Assembly (NCBI GenBank): GCA_041650495.1
Contig: JBAZLB010000006.1
Span: forward strand, 1 to 61,083
Source: Candidatus Omnitrophota bacterium
GTDB lineage: Bacteria; Omnitrophota; Gorgyraeia; Gygaellales; Profunditerraquicolaceae
Length of the DNA stretch: 61,083 bases
Reading direction: 5' to 3'
A program made the position numbers and the translations under genes. This document shows positions 55,804 through 61,083 of this stretch, piece after piece; the first letter of the stretch is position 1, and each line of letters opens with the position of its first letter. The notes beneath the pieces were generated by a model. It was not told where the DNA came from. It saw only the letters and a program-made list of their open reading frames with translations, and searched no databases.

Positions 55804-56504
55804 ATACACTCCTTACATTTGTCATAACCCGAATCCCTGATAGCGGTAAACATCTCCTTAGGGTCTCCTACGCACCAAAACCTGCCATCCAGTAAAACGC
55901 AGCCCCTGCCTGCCTTTACATAATCCATAATATAGCCGGTATGGGTAATGATAAGTGCGGATTTTTTTTCTTTCTCCAGGTATTCATTCAGGACCTTGCC
56001 CATCACGCTGATATTCTCCAGGTCAACCCCGGATTCAGGCTCGTCCAACAACAGGAGTTTAGGGTCCTGCAGGAGTATCTGGAATAATTCCGAACGCTTC
56101 ATCTCCCCCCCTGAGAAATCCAGGTTAACCTCACGGTTAAGATGCCCGGTCAGAGAAAGTTTTTCTGCCAGGGCCTTTATCTTTGCCTCATCTTTAGCCA
56201 GGTGTTCGGCCATTTGGCTTAATTTCACCCCCCGTATCTTAGGGGGGTGCTGGTACATTATACCCATTCCTAATTTTACCCTCTCCTCTATGGCCAGGCC
56301 ATTTAAAGGCTTGCCCTTAAACATAATATTCCCTTTTTTTACCTTATAGCCGGAAAGCCCCATAATGGCCTTAATCAGGGTGCTCTTGCCGCTGCCATTT
56401 GGGCCGAAGAGTATTACCACCTCTCCTTCTCTGATTTCAAAACTAATATCCTTGAGTATATCCTTACCCGCAATGCCTACGGTAAGATTCTCTATCTTCA
56501 GCAT
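55788..56504 (-). CDS. sufC: SufC-like ABC ATPase
   Basis: GPNGSGKS, FSGGEMKRSE, LDEPESGVD, IITH. Confidence 0.9.
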   Translation of the reverse strand: MLKIENLTVGIAGKDILKDISFEIREGEVVILFGPNGSGKSTLIKAIMGLSGYKVKKGNIMFKGKPLNGLAIEERVKLGMGIMYQHPPKIRGVKLSQMAEHLAKDEAKIKALAEKLSLTGHLNREVNLDFSGGEMKRSELFQILLQDPKLLLLDEPESGVDLENISVMGKVLNEYLEKEKKSALIITHTGYIMDYVKAGRGCVLLDGRFWCVGDPKEMFTAIRDSGYDKCKECICPHH

Positions 56505-56560
56505 ATTGCCCTGCCTCTCAGATTCTGATTTTACCTTATCCTTTATATCCCGTCAATCGC

Positions 56561-56770
56561 TTACATGCCCCCCATTGCCCGGCATAGATGTTTTGCCTTA
56601 CACCAATCCCGGCAAGAAACCTGCCTTTCCTTCGACTGCATGGCCCGGCAATGCGGGCACCTGAGGCTGAATTCATCCGAAAAGAATTCTATACTGTATC
56701 CGCACTGAAGACAAGTAATAATCTCAGATTTAATATCCAGATTCCCTTGCCCCGGGCAGCGGTAGTTCAT
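56561..56770 (-). CDS. Small Cys-rich (zinc-ribbon / Fe-S) protein
   Basis: CPGQ, CLQCG..IEFFSDE..CPHC, SCRDWC..HLC. Confidence 0.75.
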   Translation of the reverse strand: MNYRCPGQGNLDIKSEIITCLQCGYSIEFFSDEFSLRCPHCRAMQSKERQVSCRDWCKAKHLCRAMGGM

Positions 56771-56786
56771 CTTAACCTTTCTCCTT

Positions 56787-57200
56787 TTAACCATTGCCTG
56801 ATTTTCTTGTCAAAGAGGCTACGGTAATAGAGCTTAATTCCTTCAAGATATACCGCTCCAGCCCATCGATCTTTTTCTTTAAAATGCAGCTGCCTGTATT
56901 CGGGCAGGCCATCTTCTTAAAGAAACAATCGTTTAAGCGCAGCCTCCCCTGGAATATTTCAATCAACCCGAAGAGGAATATCTTATCCGGAGGCATCATG
57001 AATAAAAACCCTCCCCCCTGCCCCCTGTATGACTTAAGCACCTTCCTTTTATGCAACACCTGCAGTATCTTTCTTAAAAAAGGCCGCGGGATCCCCAGCT
57101 CTCTTACTAATTCCGATGCCGGAACCACCCTGTCTTGGCATCCTGCCATATAGCAAAGCGCCCTTAAGGCATAATCCGTATCCCGAGTCACTAATTTCAT
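56787..57200 (-). CDS. Rrf2-family regulator (RsrR/IscR-like)
   Basis: DTDYALRAL, FLRKILQ, SYRGQGGGF, C-x5-C-x5-C. Confidence 0.9.
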   Translation of the reverse strand: MKLVTRDTDYALRALCYMAGCQDRVVPASELVRELGIPRPFLRKILQVLHKRKVLKSYRGQGGGFLFMMPPDKIFLFGLIEIFQGRLRLNDCFFKKMACPNTGSCILKKKIDGLERYILKELSSITVASLTRKSGNG

Positions 57201-57245
57201 CCTTCCCCCCAGATACATTATATTAATAATCCGTTTGAGGGCAGT

Positions 57246-57329
57246 TTAAGGTCGTGCCCAGGACCGGCTACTGCAGCCTTCTTTACAGTGGGCTACAGGC
57301 CGCAGCATATATTTTACGGTTACATCCAT
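57246..57329 (-). CDS. 27-aa small ORF / putative leader peptide MDVTVKYMLRPVAHCKEGCSSRSWARP
   Basis: Strong SD AGGAGG(TGG) just upstream of ATG 57329; TAA at 57246-57248; lies between the promoter and the Rrf2 gene. Confidence 0.6.
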   Translation of the reverse strand: MDVTVKYMLRPVAHCKEGCSSRSWARP

Positions 57330-57355
57330 CGTGCCACCTCCTCTCTCTAAAGAAT

Positions 57356-57384
57356 AATGATACTATAATTGTATCATTTGTCAA
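57356..57384 (-). promoter_or_regulatory. Promoter TTGACA-N16-TATCAT overlapped by perfect palindrome AATGATAC-N7-GTATCATT (Rrf2 operator candidate)
   Basis: 8-bp perfect inverted repeat 57356-57378 adjacent to tgtcaa 57379-57384. Confidence 0.65.
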
Positions 57385-57625
57385 GGATTTTTTTTAAAGA
57401 TTACGCCGCTTAAAAGGGGTGTTGGAAATACGGCAGGAGACAAGGAAACGGTTAAAATAGGCAAAATAAAAAGGCAAGAGGGAAATTTATTTCTTTTATT
57501 GAGGGCATTGCCTGCCCGCTGGTATTTTTCCCCTTGCCTTTTACAACCTCCAATAACAAATATAACACAATAATTGCGATTTTCAAGTAGGCGGGAAAAG
57601 ATAATTCAGGAGAAAGATAACAGGC

Positions 57626-57940
57626 TTAGTCAAAACTAACGGCATTCCCCGGGCCAAAGTCTAACCCTGCCTGATAAAGCCGTCTGCTCAACTGCCTGCA
57701 CCAGGCGACCCTGGCCGTCTTCTCAACCGGGGATGTAAAAAGGGAGGAATTAAACACTACCTTAACATTGGAATTCTCTTTCACCGGGGTATCACTTACT
57801 ATACCGCTACCCCTGACCGATAAGTCTCTTATAATAGAAGGCAGGCGGGAACTGTCTTCCAATAAGAGGACGCCTGAGGCATCAAGAGGGAACCTCTTAT
57901 ATGACCTGCGCCAAAGGGGCAGGGAATAGGCTTCTACCAT
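57626..57940 (-). CDS. PilZ domain protein (c-di-GMP receptor)
   Basis: RSYKR (RxxxR) and DLSVRG (DxSxxG); VAWCR..YQAGLDF. Confidence 0.88.
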   Translation of the reverse strand: MVEAYSLPLWRRSYKRFPLDASGVLLLEDSSRLPSIIRDLSVRGSGIVSDTPVKENSNVKVVFNSSLFTSPVEKTARVAWCRQLSRRLYQAGLDFGPGNAVSFD

Positions 57941-58248
57941 GCCGCCCTCCCGAAATAGCCCCGGGCTAAAGCTCCAGGCTTTCTTAAAAAACAAAAAAGG
58001 CAGTCTCTCTTTCTAGAAACATTGCCTTTTCTATAAAAATACATTTATTAAAAATCCGTTCTCCGTAGCTAATCTATATTTTATTATCTCTTGAGGTTTT
58101 GTCAAGATAATTTTATCAACAGCCTCTAGAGTCCCTTACAGCCTATTTTGCCAAAAACAGATTAAGGATACGCCCTAGGCAATACCTGCGGCAGGCAAAC
58201 AACCGCTATCCATAAAATACCTCCTCTTGCGACAATAAGAAAAGCCAC

Positions 58249-59520
58249 TTACCTGCCCCAGATAAACCAGATGAATAAATACGACACGCCCACTGCCGCC
58301 AGGGTAAACGGCAGACCGATCTTGAGGAAATCCGTAAATCTTACGGCATAGCCCTCTTTCTTTAACAGGCCGCAGGCAACTATATTGGCTGAAGCCCCTA
58401 TAGGAGTAATATTCCCCCCCAGGCTCGTGCCGATAAGCAGGCCGAAAAGGAATAAAGAAGGGTTGATCCCAAGCCTCCCCGACATGGAAATAGCTACCGG
58501 AAGCATTGCCGCCAGGAAGGGGACATTATCCACAAACGCGGAAATAAGAACAGACAAAAACACGATAACCGTATAGCCTAAGAATATGTTGCCCCCTATC
58601 ATGCCGCTGAGTGAAACTGAACATTTTTCAATCCATCCGGTCAGGGTAATACTGCCTACCAGGATAAATACCCCGGCCAGAAAAAACGTAGTATCCCAGT
58701 CCAGGGACTTTAGACCTTCCAGGACAGGGCCCTTATTCACCGCTTTCTTCCAAAGCATGGAGAATATGCCAAAGACCAGGCATATTAAGCCTGCCAGGTA
58801 GGAAAACCCCGTGTCAAAAAGAGAAGATACCGCCAAGGCCAGAATTAAAATGATTAAGATGCCCGTAGGCACCCAGGATTTTACCTTTTCCACGGCAATC
58901 AGCTTCATCTTTTCTTTCTGGCCCCGGAAAATAAAAAACAGGACCGCAAAAGCCGCTATTGCCCCCAATTCCACGGCAAAGAATATGCTGGGCCGGCCTT
59001 TATAGAAGAAGAAATCCATGAAATTCATCTTCGCAAAACCTCCTAAAAGCATGCTCGGGGGGTCCCCTATTAATGTGGCTGTGCCCTGAAGGTTGCTTGA
59101 TATAGCAATGGCAATCATCATCTTTACCGGGTTTATTTTTAATTTCTTAGCCAGCGCAAAGGCAAGGGGGGCGATAATCAAGACAGTAGCGACATTCTCT
59201 ACAAACGCGGAAATAAAACCGGTAAGTATACAGATAGCCAGTATCGCCCAGGCGGTATTCTTGGCTTTATCCACGATTAATTCGGCGACATAGGCCGGAA
59301 CGCGACTTTCCATAAATATATCCGCAACCGCCAATGTCCCCACAAATATCCCTAAGACATTCCAGTTAATGGAGGAAAAGGCTTCTCGCAAGGTAATCGT
59401 GCGGGTTATAACCAGTAAAAGGCTCGCCCCCGCCGCTACCAGCGTCCTTTTATTAGGCAGGAATATAAAAAGAAGGTAAGCCAGGACAAAAGCCGCCAAG
59501 GCAAAGATATTACGCTCCAT
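58249..59520 (-). CDS. ArsB/NhaD (IT superfamily) transporter
   Basis: SAFVENV, SNLQGTATLIGDPP, SAFVDNVP, GTSLGGNITPIGASAN. Confidence 0.85.
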   Translation of the reverse strand: MERNIFALAAFVLAYLLFIFLPNKRTLVAAGASLLLVITRTITLREAFSSINWNVLGIFVGTLAVADIFMESRVPAYVAELIVDKAKNTAWAILAICILTGFISAFVENVATVLIIAPLAFALAKKLKINPVKMMIAIAISSNLQGTATLIGDPPSMLLGGFAKMNFMDFFFYKGRPSIFFAVELGAIAAFAVLFFIFRGQKEKMKLIAVEKVKSWVPTGILIILILALAVSSLFDTGFSYLAGLICLVFGIFSMLWKKAVNKGPVLEGLKSLDWDTTFFLAGVFILVGSITLTGWIEKCSVSLSGMIGGNIFLGYTVIVFLSVLISAFVDNVPFLAAMLPVAISMSGRLGINPSLFLFGLLIGTSLGGNITPIGASANIVACGLLKKEGYAVRFTDFLKIGLPFTLAAVGVSYLFIWFIWGR

Positions 59521-59559
59521 AAATATACCGCCTTTCACATATTAAAGAAGCACGTAAGA

Positions 59560-60336
59560 CTAACGCAGGCGCCGGTTTAATTCCCGCGCCACTTTCTCGC
59601 CTGAAAGCAGCATGCCTCCGAAAATTGGCCCCATACGCGGGCCGCCGATAACAGCATTGGCACACATGCCGCAGACATAAAGCCCGGGGCATACCTCTTT
59701 AGAATTCCTGACTATGGCCTCCTCCCCTGCCTCTGCCCACATCGAGCGTTCTCCCATCGCCTTACCGGTCTTAGTCTTTAACTTCAACCCGGATTTCCTT
59801 TCGGCAATATGCGCTACCTCCGCAGCATGGCCGGTAGCATCCACTACGTAACGCGCCCGGATGGTAATAGGGTCAACATGCAGGTGCGCCATTTCAACCG
59901 CCGTCCAATTCAAAACCAGGCCGCATATGCGGCCCTGTCTGACCATTACATCTTCGGCGCTAAAAAGGTTGAATATCGCAACCCCTGCCTTAACAGCCTG
60001 AGAACAAATAGTAGACACAGACTCAATGGAATCTGCCAGGTGATAGCCTTTTTCATACACCCTGGTCCTGACGCCAAACTCATCCATGATCTTCCTGGCT
60101 TTATCCTGTATGACTATCTCATTAAACATTATCCCGCCTCCCCACATGCCGCCTCCGACGGATAATTTCCTCTCAAATATAACCACCTTTCTGCCCGCCC
60201 TGGCCAGATAATAAGCGCAGCACATACCTGCGGGACCGGCGCCTACCACCGCTACTTCTACGTCTAGGGCCTTGATTAATTTATCTTTATACGACTCAAT
60301 AATCGCCCGGGAAATCTTTATATCATCCAGCTTCAT
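59560..60336 (-). CDS. thi4: Sulfide-dependent adenosine diphosphate thiazole synthase (Thi4, His type)
   Basis: [39 protein letters not shown]. Confidence 0.93.
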   Translation of the reverse strand: MKLDDIKISRAIIESYKDKLIKALDVEVAVVGAGPAGMCCAYYLARAGRKVVIFERKLSVGGGMWGGGIMFNEIVIQDKARKIMDEFGVRTRVYEKGYHLADSIESVSTICSQAVKAGVAIFNLFSAEDVMVRQGRICGLVLNWTAVEMAHLHVDPITIRARYVVDATGHAAEVAHIAERKSGLKLKTKTGKAMGERSMWAEAGEEAIVRNSKEVCPGLYVCGMCANAVIGGPRMGPIFGGMLLSGEKVARELNRRLR

Positions 60337-60538
60337 TATTTTACCCCCCTGCTTTATATTCCACAGCCATATTATTTAAAATAACTGTTTTCCCCTTTTG
60401 TCTTACATAAGATCAAGGGCCTCCCCTGATTCTTTCGGTCCTTAGATTAAGCCCTTATGCGCTATCCGTCAATACCTCCGCGCGTTAACTCATGCGCAGG
60501 GCAGATAAGACATCTTACTTTGCGCAAGTAATAAAGCC

Positions 60539-61083
60539 TTAAAATATGCCAGGGACCCTGGCTGTGCAGTAATTACACCTGTCATCCTGTATATTATACT
60601 CAAGGACCCTGAATCCCTGCCTTTCAACTAACAATCTCTTACAGCCAGGGCAATGGGTTTGGCTGCCCCAGCCATAGACATTGCCCGCATATATAAAATT
60701 AAGCCCTGCCTGAAAGCCTATACCCTCTGCCTTCTTAAGGGTTTCATCCGGGGTAACGGCGTAACCTCCGAATTTATAATCCGGATGGAACCTGGATATA
60801 TGCCAGGGCATATCCTTGTCTACGCTGGCAATGAAAGCGGCGATATCGCCAAGCTCCTGCGCAGAATCATTCTCGCCCGGGACTATAAGCGTGGTTATTT
60901 CAACCCACAACCCCGCAGCCTTCATCAGCCTGATGGAATCAAGCACAGGCTGAAGGCTGCCTCCGCAGATATGGCGGTAAGAATCATCGCGGAAAAATTT
61001 AAGGTCCACATTCGCCGCAGCCAGATACGGCCTTATCAACTCCAAGGCCTCTTTTGTCATATAGCCGTTGGTGACAAAGATAT
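60539..61083 (-). CDS. AmmeMemoRadiSam system radical SAM enzyme, C-terminal part (5' end outside the window)
   Basis: NGYMT..ANVDLK..YRHICGG..WVEITTLIVPGEND..WHISRFHPDY..YAGNV..T.CPGC. Confidence 0.85.
   Translation of the reverse strand, partial: IFVTNGYMTKEALELIRPYLAAANVDLKFFRDDSYRHICGGSLQPVLDSIRLMKAAGLWVEITTLIVPGENDSAQELGDIAAFIASVDKDMPWHISRFHPDYKFGGYAVTPDETLKKAEGIGFQAGLNFIYAGNVYGWGSQTHCPGCKRLLVERQGFRVLEYNIQDDRCNYCTARVPGIF

Noticed and set aside
7384-60165. Numerous other plus-strand and nested ORFs in the track (e.g. 7422-8015, 10971-11450, 29412-29897, 33831-34361)
   Set aside because: They lie antisense to or inside well-supported genes and show no family motifs.
60337-60538. TPP or c-di-AMP riboswitch before thi4
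   Set aside because: Conserved TPP motifs are absent; the partial resemblance to ydaO (GCTTAATC..CAGGGGAGGCC) lacks the 3' half.
1-61083. CRISPR array, rRNA, IS transposase, selenoprotein read-through
   Set aside because: No regularly spaced direct repeats, rRNA-like segments, transposase ORFs or in-frame TGA at catalytic Cys positions were found by eye.

Overview
A bacterial chromosome segment from an anaerobe. The gene set (group 4 hydrogenase with Mrp module, DUF3568 lipoproteins, short pilin, ORF6N paralogues) is consistent with Candidatus Omnitrophota or a relative, but that assignment is inference. Almost all real genes lie on the minus strand, and most plus-strand ORFs in the track are antisense shadows. 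(1) 1-6600 is a visibly AT-rich accessory island just downstream of tRNA-Phe(GAA). It carries three diverged ORF6N genes, each preceded by the same bipartite promoter-like motif and the same covarying structured non-coding element, plus a pilin/XRE divergent pair, REP-like palindromes and hypothetical genes. (2) 6757-18760 holds housekeeping and envelope genes, a cNMP-MinD/CpaE-patatin fusion, a GH1, and an oversized c-di-GMP-I aptamer with its own promoter and terminator. (3) 18762-30613 is a 15-gene membrane-bound group 4 [NiFe]-hydrogenase/Mrp operon with an NAD(P)H-linked AsrA/AsrB-like head and a Rex/CRP-like operator. (4) 30763-43339 covers cofactor, tRNA and sulfur genes (uppP, nadA, mnmA, birA, larE, DUF39/NIL-Fd, cysK, Rrf2). 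(5) 43344-49106 is an uncharacterised hydrolase/DegT/GNAT/EamA x2/ureohydrolase/HAD cluster. (6) 49128-57329 is an Rrf2-suf-LDH-SOR-FprA-rubredoxin-Grx-TrxR oxidative-stress operon headed by an unannotated 27-aa Cys-containing sORF. (7) PilZ, ArsB/NhaD, His-type Thi4 and a partial AmmeMemoRadiSam radical SAM gene close the window. The best novelty candidates are the ORF6N-linked conserved element and the giant c-di-GMP-I RNA.
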